A stretch of DNA of 64,000 nucleotides from an uncultured Alphaproteobacteria bacterium (GCA_964484795.1 CAZAFN010000004.1:13-64012), one strand, 5' to 3'. Numbered from the stretch's first letter, positions 1 through 10,062 are shown. Numbers and translations: made by a program. The notes: generated by a model not told the origin, from the sequence alone.

Positions 1-555
1 TCAATTGAATTCAAGACCCCAATGTTGTTTGCCATTGCTATGATATTTTTATTTACACTCGGCGGCGTAACAGGAGTGGTTCTGGCTAACACCGGTATAG
101 ACGTGGCCTTGCATGATACATATTACGTTGTTGCTCACTTCCATTATGTGATGTCAATGGGTGCTTTGTTTTCGATTTATGCAGGTTTTTATTATTGGTT
201 TAGTAAAATGTCGGGAAGGGAATATAGTGAATTTTTAGGCAAGATTCATTTTTGGCTAACTTTTATAGGAGTTAACATAACTTTCTTTCCTATGCATTTT
301 TCTGGTCTAGCTGGAATGCCTAGAAGGATTCCTGATTATCCTGATGCGTTTGCTGGTTGGAATTATGTGTCATCCATAGGTGCTTATATATCAGTTTTTG
401 CAGCATTCTTCTTTGTGTTTGTTATTTTGGAAGCATTCATTAAATCTAGAAAAGCTAAGGCTAATCCATGGGGTGAGGGAGCAACAACATTTGAATGGAA
501 ACTTAGTTCACCGCCTCCGTTTCACTCCTTTAATGAATTGCCAAAGGTCAAATAG
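1..555 (+). CDS. ctaD: Cytochrome c oxidase subunit I, C-terminal portion (5' end lies outside window)
   Basis: Frame-1 translation from base 1 gives conserved COX1 C-terminal helices ([24 protein letters not shown]). It is followed by ctaB, ctaG and ctaE. Confidence 0.9.
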   Translation, partial: SIEFKTPMLFAIAMIFLFTLGGVTGVVLANTGIDVALHDTYYVVAHFHYVMSMGALFSIYAGFYYWFSKMSGREYSEFLGKIHFWLTFIGVNITFFPMHFSGLAGMPRRIPDYPDAFAGWNYVSSIGAYISVFAAFFFVFVILEAFIKSRKAKANPWGEGATTFEWKLSSPPPFHSFNELPKVK

Positions 556-575
556 TCATATTTTTTAGCCTTTGA

Positions 576-1511
576 TTGTGGAGAAGGTTTGTGAAATCAG
601 ATGCAATTAAGAATAGAGTTGACTTACTAGTTTCGGAAAGTTCGGTAACTGATTTCTTTTCTCTTTTGAAACCAAGAGTGATGGCACTCGCTGTTTTTAC
701 ATCGATTTGTGGTCTATTGTTGGCACCGAATGAAATGCACCCTTTTTTTGTTGTTTTGTCCATTTTTTGTATTTCTCTTGGAGCAGGTGCATCTGGTGCA
801 ATTAATATGTGGTACGATAGAGATATTGATATCCTTATGGATAGGACAAAGAAAAGAGCAATACCTCAAGGGAAAATCAATCCTTATGATGCATTAGGTT
901 ACGGCATAATACTTTCGGTTTTATCTGTCGTGATTTTAGGTTTGGCCGTCAATTATTTTGCAGCTTTCTTATTAGCATTTTCAATTTCTTTTTATGTTTT
1001 TATATACACTATTTGGTTAAAGAGACGTACACCTCAAAACATTGTAATTGGTGGAGCAGCTGGAGCATTTCCCCCAGTCATTGGATGGTCTTGTTCATCA
1101 GGTGATTTGACTCTGTTCCCCATTATTTTGTTTTTAATTGTTTTTATTTGGACACCTCCACATTTTTGGGCTCTTTGTTTATATAAGGATACTGAATACT
1201 CTAAAGCTAAAGTTCCTATGCTTCCGGTTGTCAGTGGTCAAAGAACAACCAAAAATCAAATTTTTATATACTCAGTTTTTCTTTTTTTGACTTCCTTAAC
1301 TCCTTACTTTTTTGGTTTTTCTGGTTTGATTTACTTTGTGTCATCACTGTTATTAAATTCATATTTTATTTTTTTAGCTTTTAAACTACTTAAAACTAGA
1401 GATGATTCATCTACTATCTTTGCTCCGAAGCTATTTAAATTTTCAATATTATACTTGTATTTAATTTTTCTGATTTTAGTTTTTGATTCATACATATATT
1501 CTTATGGATAA
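576..1511 (+). CDS. ctaB: Protoheme IX farnesyltransferase (heme O synthase)
   Basis: 311 aa polytopic UbiA-family protein with LLKPRVMALAVFT and a DRDID-like Asp-rich motif. It sits between COX subunit I and CtaG. Confidence 0.9.
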   Translation: MWRRFVKSDAIKNRVDLLVSESSVTDFFSLLKPRVMALAVFTSICGLLLAPNEMHPFFVVLSIFCISLGAGASGAINMWYDRDIDILMDRTKKRAIPQGKINPYDALGYGIILSVLSVVILGLAVNYFAAFLLAFSISFYVFIYTIWLKRRTPQNIVIGGAAGAFPPVIGWSCSSGDLTLFPIILFLIVFIWTPPHFWALCLYKDTEYSKAKVPMLPVVSGQRTTKNQIFIYSVFLFLTSLTPYFFGFSGLIYFVSSLLLNSYFIFLAFKLLKTRDDSSTIFAPKLFKFSILYLYLIFLILVFDSYIYSYG

Positions 1512-1599
1512 GAACAAGAAAAAAAAAAATGCGGTTTTAGGTTTGGCTCTTTTTCTTTTAGCCGTGATATTTTACTGTGTAACTTTATTGAAGTTTTGA
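1504..1599 (+). CDS. Small hypothetical membrane peptide (31 aa, MDKNKKKKNAVLGLALFLLAVIFYCVTLLKF)
   Basis: It is not in the ORF track because it falls below the size cutoff. Its ATG overlaps the ctaB stop (ATGGATAA). It has a Lys-rich N-terminus followed by a single 20-aa hydrophobic helix and fills the ctaB-ctaG gap. Confidence 0.3.
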   Translation: MDKNKKKKNAVLGLALFLLAVIFYCVTLLKF

Positions 1600-1606
1600 A
1601 CAAAAT

Positions 1607-2131
1607 ATGAACATACGAACTAACAGAAAGGCTCAAGTTTTTTTATTAGGATTGTTTGTCCTATTTATGTTGTTAATGAGTTATGCCGCAGTTCCATTGT
1701 ACAAATTATTTTGTCAGGTTACTGGGTATGGTGGAACTCCAATGGTTGTTGAGGAGAACCTTTCATCTAAAACATTTGGAAAAATTAATATTCGTTTTGA
1801 TTCATCAACAGAAAAAACATCACCCATTTTTTTTGAACCAATTAAAAATGTAATGAATGTTGAAGTTGGTGCCAATAGTCTTGCTTTTTTTAAGGCAATA
1901 AATAAATCCAATGAAACATTAAAGACAATGTCAGTGTTTAACGTTACTCCTTTGCAAGCTGGAAAATATTTTAATAAAATTGAGTGTTTTTGTTTTGAAG
2001 AACAAGTGCTTGGACCAAAAGAAAGTGTTAAAATGCCTGTCTCTTTTTTTATTGACCCAGCAATAAAAGATGATAAGTTTATTGGTGATTTAAAAGAAAT
2101 TACTTTGTCATATACAATGTTTACTAGGTAA
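1607..2131 (+). CDS. ctaG: Cytochrome c oxidase assembly protein CtaG/Cox11 (copper delivery to CuB)
   Basis: 174 aa with an N-terminal TM helix and the conserved Cox11 motif VPLYKLFCQVTGYGGTP. Confidence 0.85.
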   Translation: MNIRTNRKAQVFLLGLFVLFMLLMSYAAVPLYKLFCQVTGYGGTPMVVEENLSSKTFGKINIRFDSSTEKTSPIFFEPIKNVMNVEVGANSLAFFKAINKSNETLKTMSVFNVTPLQAGKYFNKIECFCFEEQVLGPKESVKMPVSFFIDPAIKDDKFIGDLKEITLSYTMFTR

Positions 2132-2166
2132 GTTAGTATTTTAAAAGAATTAGGTAGAAATGAAAA

Positions 2167-2988
2167 ATGAGTGAAAATCAAAAGCATCCTTATCATTTAG
2201 TTGATCCAAGTCCATGGCCACTTTTAACTGCCATATGTCTTCTAGCAACTGCATGGGGTTTTATCCAATTTATGCACGAAGAAACAGGAACGCTATTTGC
2301 TGCCGGTGGAATTGCAGTTTTGCTGTGCACAGTATTTTGGTGGAGAGATGTAATCTATGAATCTGAAAAAGGAGGGTTTCATAACAAGGTTGTTCAAATT
2401 GGTCTCAAGTATGGAATGATCTTCTTTATTGCTTCTGAGGTAATGTTTTTTTCTGCTTGGTTCTGGGCTTTTTTTGATGTTGCCTTTTATCCTGGTGAAA
2501 ATAGCCCTGAACTGATTGGAAGGCAGGAATCACTTGGAGGTGTTTTTCCTCCAGAAAACATTGAACTAATTCCTCCATTTGGGATACCTTTGCTAAATAC
2601 ATTTATATTACTAGCATCAGGAGGTACTGTGACATGGGCACACCATGCATTAAGAGCAAATGATAGAAAGAATTTTTTAATTTTTCTCTTTTTAACCATA
2701 ATTCTTGGTATAGTTTTTACAGCTTTTCAAGCATATGAATATTATCACTCAACTTTTTCAATTGATGAAGGTATTTATCCATCCACTTTCTATATGGCAA
2801 CGGGCTTTCATGGTGCACATGTAATCATAGGTACCATATTCCTTTTGGTATGTTTCTTTAGAGGTTTGGCTGGAAATCTTAAACCAGAGAAACATTTAGG
2901 TTTTGAGTTTGCAGCCTGGTATTGGCATTTTGTTGATGTTGTTTGGCTTTTCTTATTTACTTTTGTTTATTGGTGGGCTTCTGTTTAG
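2167..2988 (+). CDS. ctaE: Cytochrome c oxidase subunit III
   Basis: 273 aa with the HPYHLVDPSPWPL N-terminus and HFVDVVWLFLF C-terminal signature. Confidence 0.9.
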   Translation: MSENQKHPYHLVDPSPWPLLTAICLLATAWGFIQFMHEETGTLFAAGGIAVLLCTVFWWRDVIYESEKGGFHNKVVQIGLKYGMIFFIASEVMFFSAWFWAFFDVAFYPGENSPELIGRQESLGGVFPPENIELIPPFGIPLLNTFILLASGGTVTWAHHALRANDRKNFLIFLFLTIILGIVFTAFQAYEYYHSTFSIDEGIYPSTFYMATGFHGAHVIIGTIFLLVCFFRGLAGNLKPEKHLGFEFAAWYWHFVDVVWLFLFTFVYWWASV

Positions 2989-2994
2989 CCATTA

Positions 2995-3717
2995 ATGATT
3001 TTAACTTTTCAAAAAAAAAAATATTCTTTTAAACCAAGATTTGTTCCTCTATTTTTTTTTCTTGCAGCTCTTACTATTTTATTGTCACTTTCAACATGGC
3101 AATTTAAGCGGTTAGTATGGAAAACAAATTTAATTGAATACAGAGTAAAAAAATTTGAATCAGCTCCTATCTTTCTGGAAGATTTAAAAAATCCAAAAGA
3201 GAATGAATTCCAAAAAGTTATTGTCAATGGGGAATTGCTGAATCAATTGGAAATGCATATGCCTCACCTTAGCAAAAGAGGTAATAATGGTTATCATATT
3301 TTAGTTCCATTAAAAAGTAAGTCTGAAAAAGCAATAATTTTTGATTCAGGATGGGTTCCATTAAATAAGAAAGACATTAAAACAAGAAAAGAAAACATAA
3401 TTCTAGGAAAAAATGAATTTGAAGCAACTATAAGGATGCCTGGAAAAAAGGGATATTTTACACCTGAAAACGATGAATTAAAAAATATCTGGTTTTATGT
3501 TGAACCATCTAAAATGGAAAAATTTACAGGTTTGAACTTGGAAAAAGACTATTATCTTCAGACTACTAAAAGTGGAACTAATGGAGTACCTAAGGCAAAT
3601 CAAACCAAGGTTTATTTAAGAAATAATCATTTGGGGTATGCAATCACTTGGTTAATGATAGCCTTTGGTTTGGTAGGAGTTTTCTTTTTTGCAAATGTCC
3701 AAGAAATAAAAAAATAA
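2995..3717 (+). CDS. SURF1 family cytochrome oxidase biogenesis protein
   Basis: 240 aa with N- and C-terminal TM helices and WQFKRL / HLGYAITW motifs. It lies immediately after ctaE, as in alphaproteobacteria. Confidence 0.8.
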   Translation: MILTFQKKKYSFKPRFVPLFFFLAALTILLSLSTWQFKRLVWKTNLIEYRVKKFESAPIFLEDLKNPKENEFQKVIVNGELLNQLEMHMPHLSKRGNNGYHILVPLKSKSEKAIIFDSGWVPLNKKDIKTRKENIILGKNEFEATIRMPGKKGYFTPENDELKNIWFYVEPSKMEKFTGLNLEKDYYLQTTKSGTNGVPKANQTKVYLRNNHLGYAITWLMIAFGLVGVFFFANVQEIKK

Positions 3718-5106
3718 TGCTGTATTCGTCAACAAGAGGGAAAGATAACAATTTAAAATTTACTGAAGTGCTTTTAAATGGTTTGGCGAAAGATGGTGGT
3801 TTGTATGTTCCTAATAAGATCCCACAATTATCAAAAAAAAAAAATAGAATCTTTTAGAGGTCTAAAGTACAGTGATTTGGTTTATGAAGTTACAAAATTT
3901 TTCGTAGATTCAGATCAGATACCACGAAAGGCATATAAGAAAATCTGCGAGAAATCTTATGAAAAAGTCTTTGGAAAAAAGATCATATCCATAAAAAAAT
4001 TAAATAAAAAAGAATATTTACTAAATTTGTTTCATGGCCCAACTTTTGCCTTTAAGGATTATGCCCTTCAATTACTAGGAAACATTTATGATTATGTATT
4101 AAGTGCAAAAAACATTCAACTTACAATTCTAGGTGCAACTTCTGGAGATACTGGTTCTGCAGCAATATATGGATGTTCAAAATCTAAAAACATTAGAATG
4201 TTCATACTTTTTCCTGAAGGAAAAGTTAGTGAGGTTCAGCGAAAGCAGATGACAACTTTAAAAAAATCTAATGTTACAAACATTGCGGTTAAGGGAAACT
4301 TTGATGATTGTCAGCGACTAGTTAAAGATTTGTTTAAACTAAATAATAGGAATAAAATGTTCAATCTTGCAGCAATTAATTCGATCAACTGGGTAAGAAT
4401 AATGGGACAAGTAGTTTACTATTTTTGGAGTTTCCTGACAGTTCAGAAAGGTTTTAGACCTATGAACTTTGTTGTGCCAACTGGCAATTTTGGCAATGTT
4501 TATGCTGGGTATATAAGTAAACTTATGGGCCTTCCAATTGATCAATTTATAGTCAGTTCTAATAAAAATGATATTTTAACAAGATTTTTTTCAACTGGTG
4601 AAATGGAGGTTAGAAAAACCCTTCAATCAATTAGCCCAAGTATGGACATTCAAATTTCGAGTAATTTTGAAAGGTTACTGTTTTTTTTTTTAGGAAATGG
4701 CAATCAAATTAGAAGGCTGTTTTCAGATCTTGATTGTTCTGGCTCATTTAAGGTTTCAGGAAAAATTATGAAGAAAATCTCTGATTCTTTTAAGGCTGGA
4801 AAATTAAATGATAAGGAAACATTACAAACAATTAAGTATGTTTATGATAAATATGGAATAATAATTGATCCTCATACTGCTGTTGGATTTGCGGTAGGAA
4901 AAAAACACCTGGGTCAATTCAAGAAAAATATTTACTTAGCCACTGCACATTATGGAAAATTTTTACATAGTGTCAGGCAATCTATTCCAAGGGATTTGAA
5001 ATACCCTCCAGCACTAAAATCCGTCTTAAATAAAGAAGAGAATTTTGAGTTAATAGAAAATGACTTGAAACAGTTGCAAGATTTAATGGTTCAAAAGAGT
5101 TCTTAG
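3717..5106 (+). CDS. thrC: Threonine synthase, interrupted by a single-base frameshift inside an A12 run (3833-3844)
   Basis: The N-terminal 47 aa (MLYSSTRGKDNNLKFTEVLLNGLAKDGGLYVPNKIPQLS) are in frame 0 (ORF 3648..3857), and its ATG overlaps the SURF1 stop (TAATG). The rest of the protein (LFHGPTFAFKDYALQ, PLP Lys, TSGDTGSAA) is in frame 1 (ORF 3778..5106). Removing one A from the run would join them. Confidence 0.85.
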
Positions 5107-5107
5107 C

Positions 5108-5674
5108 TTATGCATTGCCTGACGTAGTGGAAAATTTTGTAAAGTCAATTCCAGTTTTTTTAATAGCTTTTCCCCACTTTTTTTCAGATTCTACGTCAAA
5201 AAGCAAATCCAATTCTTCTTTTATATTAATCCAACTATTTTGTTTTATTTCATCTTCTAGTTGACCCGGTCCCCAACCAGAATATCCAAGTGAAATGAAA
5301 AACTTTGATGGCCCAATGTTTTTTGCAATGTCTGATATTATATCTATTGAACATGTAAGTTTAACATTTCTGGAAACCTTGAGAGTATTATCGCTTTTAT
5401 AATCATTTGAATGCAGTATGAAGCCGTTATTCTGATTTAGAGGTCCACCAATGTGAAAAGGGAATTCCATATCTAGGTTTTCAGTTACATCGTTCATATT
5501 AAGTTTTTTAAATAATTCACCCCCCTTAATATTCATAATTTTATAATTTAGTACTATACCGACTGCACCATCTTTATTATGGTGTGTAATGTAGATTATG
5601 CTTTTAGAAAAAAAAATGTCTTTTAATTGCGGGAGAGCGCACAATATGTTTCCCTTTAAATAAGAACCTTTCAT
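5108..5674 (-). CDS. YqgE/AlgH family protein (UPF0301)
   Basis: 188 aa with GGPLNQNNGFILHS and LGYSGWGPGQLEDEI, characteristic of UPF0301. Confidence 0.75.
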   Translation of the reverse strand: MKGSYLKGNILCALPQLKDIFFSKSIIYITHHNKDGAVGIVLNYKIMNIKGGELFKKLNMNDVTENLDMEFPFHIGGPLNQNNGFILHSNDYKSDNTLKVSRNVKLTCSIDIISDIAKNIGPSKFFISLGYSGWGPGQLEDEIKQNSWINIKEELDLLFDVESEKKWGKAIKKTGIDFTKFSTTSGNA

Positions 5675-5725
5675 AGTTAGATTATTACAGATAATTTTTT
5701 TTATTCAAATGGAAGATTTTAATAG

Positions 5726-7690
5726 ATGAATTTTTTTTTACATTTAATTTTGTTATTTTTTATTATTAACCCGTCTTTATCTTATGATGCAATTGATTTA
5801 AATAATCCATCATCGGTTGAAATTGTTCCCAAAAAAATTCTAAAAAAAGATACACAATATTATTTGGGAATTAAAATTAATTTATATGATGGATGGAAAA
5901 CTTATTGGAAAAATCCAGGTGATTCAGGACTGCCATTAAGTATAGAATGGGAAAAAAAATCTGATTTAGAGAAAACAGAAATTTTATTTCCGTTCCCCCA
6001 AAAGTATGTTGAGGAGGGCTTGGTTACAATTGGATATGAAAAGGAAGTTATTTTTCCAGTAAAATTAGATTTTAAGGATAATCTGAAATTTTTTGAATCT
6101 AATTTAACTATTGAATATTTAGTTTGTAAAGAGATTTGCATTCCAAAAACCGTAACAAAAGAAGTCAGTTATGATCTTGAGAATTTTGATGAAGACTTTT
6201 CGAATTATGAAATAAAAAAATATTTTAATCAAATTCCTCAACAAGGTCTTGGTTTGTTTGAATTAAAGAAATTGGTGAGTTTAGATAATAGATCTTTCTT
6301 ACTTATATTTAATAATGATATGAAAAAAGAAGGGGCATTAAAGATTTTCCCCTATTCGAAAGATAATATTCTTAAGATTAAATCTATAAAAAAGGAAAAG
6401 GATTTTTTTGTAGAAGTTGTTTCTGATGAAATGCTTTCTGAGATCAAGTCTCCTATTCTTTTTTCTGTATCTGATGGAAAAGAATTTGAAGAAATAGTTG
6501 TTAGTCCATATGAATTAAAAAAGAATAATAAACTAATTTATTATTTGTTTTTGGCGTTTGTTGGAGGAATCATTTTAAACTTTATGCCTTGTGTTTTGCC
6601 TGTGTTGTCATTGAAACTTTACTCATTGATGACTATTAGAAAAGAAAATTCAAAGAAGATTAGAAAATATTCATTAGGAATCATTCTTGGAATTGTGAGT
6701 TCATTTTGTGTTTTATCAATACTAATTATTTCTTTGAGAACCATAGGAACAAATGTTGGGTGGGGGTTTCAATTTCAAAATATTTATTTTTCAACAATTA
6801 TAGCCCTTGTTGTTCTTTTGTTTTCATTTAATCTCCTTGGTTTTTTTGAAATTATATTTCCCGGAAGTTTTTTGAGAACAATAAATAGTCTTGCTAAAAA
6901 TGATTCTGTGGCTGGCCATTTTTTTTCTGGAGCTTTCGCAACTATACTTGCCACGCCTTGCAGTGCACCCTTTATTGGAACAGCAATCGGCTTTTCAGTT
7001 CTAGCTTCTAATCACATAATAGTATTGATTTTTTTAACTATATCTTTTGGTTTTGCCGTTCCATATATTCTTTTTACAATCTATCCTAATGTAATTTATA
7101 TTTTCCCTAAGCCAGGAAAATGGATGGAAAATTTTAGGTATACTCTTGGAGTTTTGCTTCTTGCTACATTCATATGGCTAGTGAGGATTACAAATATGAA
7201 TGAAATTTTAATTTTGTTCATTTCCACTATAATTCTTCTTTTCTCTTTGCTTTTAGAAACTAATAAATTTAGGCTTGTTTTAACGTTTGGATTTCTAATG
7301 GCTTTGTTCTTTTGGTTTTTAAAACCCATCCAGGAAAATGAAAAAGTTGAATGGGAAAAATTCAATGAACTTCTACTAAATAATTATCTTGATGAAGATA
7401 AGATTGTTTTTTTAGATTTTACTGCTGACTGGTGTATAACCTGTAAAATTAATAAAATTACAACATTAGATTCTCCTAAATTAAAAAAATTCTTTTTTGA
7501 CAATGATATTCAAACAATAAGAGCTGATTGGACAAAAAAAGACGATAAAATCTTAGATTTTATCTTCAAATATAATAGGTTTGGAATTCCAGTAAATATA
7601 GTATATGGACCCAGAAATAAGAATGGAAAGGTATTGCCAGAGATCTTAACAAAAGACATTGTCATAGATAATATAAATTTGGTAAAATGA
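5726..7690 (+). CDS. DsbD/ScsB-like membrane thiol:disulfide electron transporter
   Basis: 654 aa with a signal peptide and a long (about 260 aa) periplasmic N-domain. The DsbD core carries MPCVLP and ATPCSAPF Cys motifs, and the C-terminal thioredoxin fold carries WCITC. The N-domain length is ScsB-like. Confidence 0.8.
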   Translation: MNFFLHLILLFFIINPSLSYDAIDLNNPSSVEIVPKKILKKDTQYYLGIKINLYDGWKTYWKNPGDSGLPLSIEWEKKSDLEKTEILFPFPQKYVEEGLVTIGYEKEVIFPVKLDFKDNLKFFESNLTIEYLVCKEICIPKTVTKEVSYDLENFDEDFSNYEIKKYFNQIPQQGLGLFELKKLVSLDNRSFLLIFNNDMKKEGALKIFPYSKDNILKIKSIKKEKDFFVEVVSDEMLSEIKSPILFSVSDGKEFEEIVVSPYELKKNNKLIYYLFLAFVGGIILNFMPCVLPVLSLKLYSLMTIRKENSKKIRKYSLGIILGIVSSFCVLSILIISLRTIGTNVGWGFQFQNIYFSTIIALVVLLFSFNLLGFFEIIFPGSFLRTINSLAKNDSVAGHFFSGAFATILATPCSAPFIGTAIGFSVLASNHIIVLIFLTISFGFAVPYILFTIYPNVIYIFPKPGKWMENFRYTLGVLLLATFIWLVRITNMNEILILFISTIILLFSLLLETNKFRLVLTFGFLMALFFWFLKPIQENEKVEWEKFNELLLNNYLDEDKIVFLDFTADWCITCKINKITTLDSPKLKKFFFDNDIQTIRADWTKKDDKILDFIFKYNRFGIPVNIVYGPRNKNGKVLPEILTKDIVIDNINLVK

Positions 7691-7694
7691 AATT

Positions 7695-8171
7695 ATGATA
7701 ATAAAAGAAAAAGATTGTTTCCCTGAAGTTGATTTTTTTAAACTAACAGAATCAGGCCCTAAATCATATAAATCGTCAGAGCTATTTAATGGTAAAAAAG
7801 TTATTTTAGTTGGAGTTCCAGGCGCTTTTACACCTACCTGTGCCGAAGAACATGTGCCTGGATATATCAAGTTAAGAGATGAATTCTATCAAAAGGGAGT
7901 CGACAAAATTTTTGTAGTTTCAACTAATGATCCATTTGTAATGAAGGCATGGGCAGATTCATATGAAACAAATGAGATTGAGTTTTTAGGTGATAATGGC
8001 CAGTTGATAGAAAAATTAGGAGCTAACTTGGATTTGGCCGGGCTTGGATTGGGTATAAGATTATCCAGATTTGCCCTGTTGATTGATGATGGTTTGATTG
8101 CAAAAATATTTGACGAAGATGGCGGTGGTCTTGAAATTAGTAAGGCAGAAAATATCTTAAAATCAATCTAG
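7695..8171 (+). CDS. Peroxiredoxin (Prx5-like, AhpC/TSA family)
   Basis: 158 aa with PGAFTPTC peroxidatic Cys motif. It starts 5 nt after the DsbD-like gene. Confidence 0.8.
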   Translation: MIIKEKDCFPEVDFFKLTESGPKSYKSSELFNGKKVILVGVPGAFTPTCAEEHVPGYIKLRDEFYQKGVDKIFVVSTNDPFVMKAWADSYETNEIEFLGDNGQLIEKLGANLDLAGLGLGIRLSRFALLIDDGLIAKIFDEDGGGLEISKAENILKSI

Positions 8172-8615
8172 ATTACTGGCTTTATTATATGCAAGGCGAT
8201 CAACTTCTTCATTGTAAATGTTCCCGCTATGACCTTTAACCCATTCCCAACTGATCTTGAATTTTTTGCACTCATTATCTAGTTGTTTCCATAGATCAAT
8301 ATTTTTTACTGGTTTTTTGTTAGATGTCAGCCAATTGTTTTCTTTCCATTTCTTCATCCACAAATTAATTCCATTGATGACATACTTGCTGTCACTGTAA
8401 ATCTTCACAGTTGAATTTTCTTTCAAGGGTTTTAGAGCATAAATTATAGCCATTAATTCCATCCTGTTATTTGTAGTTACTTTTTCTGAGCCAGTTATGA
8501 CTTTTTTTTTATTTTCTTTGTTAAAAATTAAAGCAGCCCAGCCTCCAGGTCCAGGGTTCCCTAGGCAAGCTCCATCAGTATATATCAAAAAATCTGTGTC
8601 ACTCAAAATAATCAA
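8163..8615 (-). CDS. rnhA: Ribonuclease HI
   Basis: 150 aa with the TDGACLGNPGPGGW RNase H signature. Confidence 0.9.
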   Translation of the reverse strand: MIILSDTDFLIYTDGACLGNPGPGGWAALIFNKENKKKVITGSEKVTTNNRMELMAIIYALKPLKENSTVKIYSDSKYVINGINLWMKKWKENNWLTSNKKPVKNIDLWKQLDNECKKFKISWEWVKGHSGNIYNEEVDRLAYNKASNLD

Positions 8616-9555
8616 CCTGCTTTGAGGCTATAATATGAAATTTTAAAATATTTAAAAATTCTAGTGGATTTTTATTTTTTAAAAATTTATTTTCATTAAC
8701 AAATATTGAGTCGTAAATTCTTGTTAATAGAAACCTTAATGAGGCTCCTCTTAAGAGAATGTTTAGGCTCTTTTTTTCATTTTTTTGAAGTTTTCTAACT
8801 GATTCATAACCTTTAATAATGTTTTTTGAAAGATCATTACTAAATTTGTTATTTTTAAAACACCATGCGTTAATTGTAATTGCAAGGTCGTATGAGAGAA
8901 AATCATAGCAGGAAAAGTAAAAATCTAAAATCCCAGTAATTCTATTTTTAGAAAAAAGAACATTGTCGGGGAAAAAATCAGCATGAATGATCCCCTTAGG
9001 CAATTCACTTGGCCATTTTGAAATCACATAATTTATTTCTTCATTTATAATTTTGTGTGAATCAGGAATTACCTTATTGAGTTGTGATTTACATTTATTG
9101 AAAATTCTTTTTAAAGACAAATGACCAAAATCATTTTTAACCTTTCTGGGGTTAAATTTATTAGCAATGTGAAAATTTGCTAAAATTTTTCCAACCTGAA
9201 AACATTCATTTTTTGACCAATTTTTTTTCGATTTACCTTTTAAGAAATTAAAAATTGCTAATTTTTTTTTGTGGAAATAATTAGTCATTGTACCTTTCTT
9301 GTTGATTAAAGGAAGGGGACACAAAATTCCTTTTTCATTAGTTCTTTTCATTAAATTTAAAAAAAAAGGAATTTGCGAGTAATTTACTCTTTCTTCAAAT
9401 ATTGTAAGAACGAATTTATTTTTAGTTGTATAAATTAGGTAATTTGTGTTTTCTATTCCTTCTTTTATTCCAGTGTATTTTATTAACGTACCTAACTCAT
9501 AATCGTCAATGATATCTAAAACATTTTTTTTAGACAATTTTGTATGTACTGCCAT
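8599..9555 (-). CDS. thrB: Homoserine kinase type II (ThrB, aminoglycoside phosphotransferase-like)
   Basis: 318 aa APH-fold protein. The N-terminus resembles Pseudomonas-type ThrB, and the HADFFPDNVLF catalytic loop is present. Confidence 0.8.
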   Translation of the reverse strand: MAVHTKLSKKNVLDIIDDYELGTLIKYTGIKEGIENTNYLIYTTKNKFVLTIFEERVNYSQIPFFLNLMKRTNEKGILCPLPLINKKGTMTNYFHKKKLAIFNFLKGKSKKNWSKNECFQVGKILANFHIANKFNPRKVKNDFGHLSLKRIFNKCKSQLNKVIPDSHKIINEEINYVISKWPSELPKGIIHADFFPDNVLFSKNRITGILDFYFSCYDFLSYDLAITINAWCFKNNKFSNDLSKNIIKGYESVRKLQKNEKKSLNILLRGASLRFLLTRIYDSIFVNENKFLKNKNPLEFLNILKFHIIASKQVDYFE

Positions 9556-9561
9556 AACAAA

Positions 9562-10059
9562 TTATTGATGAAGATGCCCTGTTAATTTGTTCAGTGAATC
9601 TTCAACAAATTTGTCATTATGTTTTTTGGAAATGTTTTTCTTTATTCTATGTTCAGTGAATAAAATTGTTTGACGTAGTATTTCTCTTTTTATTTCTTCC
9701 TTAATCTTTAACTCCATTTGAGAAGAGATTTGCTTGAAGTTTTTTTGTTTTCTATTTAAATTTAGATTAAGTTCCTCTTCAATTTTTTTTTTAATTTTAT
9801 TTGATTCTTCTAATATCTTTTTATTCATTATTTCAATTTTTTTAAGACTTTCCTTTTGCTTTGATAGATGTTGTTCGTATAGCAAATTAGCTTCATCTTT
9901 AAGTTTTTTGGCTTCATCTAGACTTTTTTTTAGTTCATATGTTTTCTTTTCTAGATTACTTGAAATTTGATTGGCCAAAGGTTTGAAAACAAGAATGACA
10001 AAAACCAAAAATGAAACTGCAACCCAGAGAGTGGCATCATCTAAAATACTTATATCCAT
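9562..10059 (-). CDS. atpF: ATP synthase F0 subunit b
   Basis: 165 aa with an N-terminal TM helix then a Lys/Glu-rich coiled coil. It is the last gene of the alpha-type F0 operon. Confidence 0.8.
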   Translation of the reverse strand: MDISILDDATLWVAVSFLVFVILVFKPLANQISSNLEKKTYELKKSLDEAKKLKDEANLLYEQHLSKQKESLKKIEIMNKKILEESNKIKKKIEEELNLNLNRKQKNFKQISSQMELKIKEEIKREILRQTILFTEHRIKKNISKKHNDKFVEDSLNKLTGHLHQ

Positions 10060-10062
10060 TTT

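Noticed and set aside
1714-2196. 160-aa minus-strand ORF
   Set aside because: It lies entirely antisense to the well-supported ctaG gene. It has no motif.
3648-3857. 69-aa ORF that looks like an independent small gene
   Set aside because: Its in-frame portion from 3717 is the authentic N-terminus of threonine synthase. It is merged with 3778..5106 as one frameshifted thrC.
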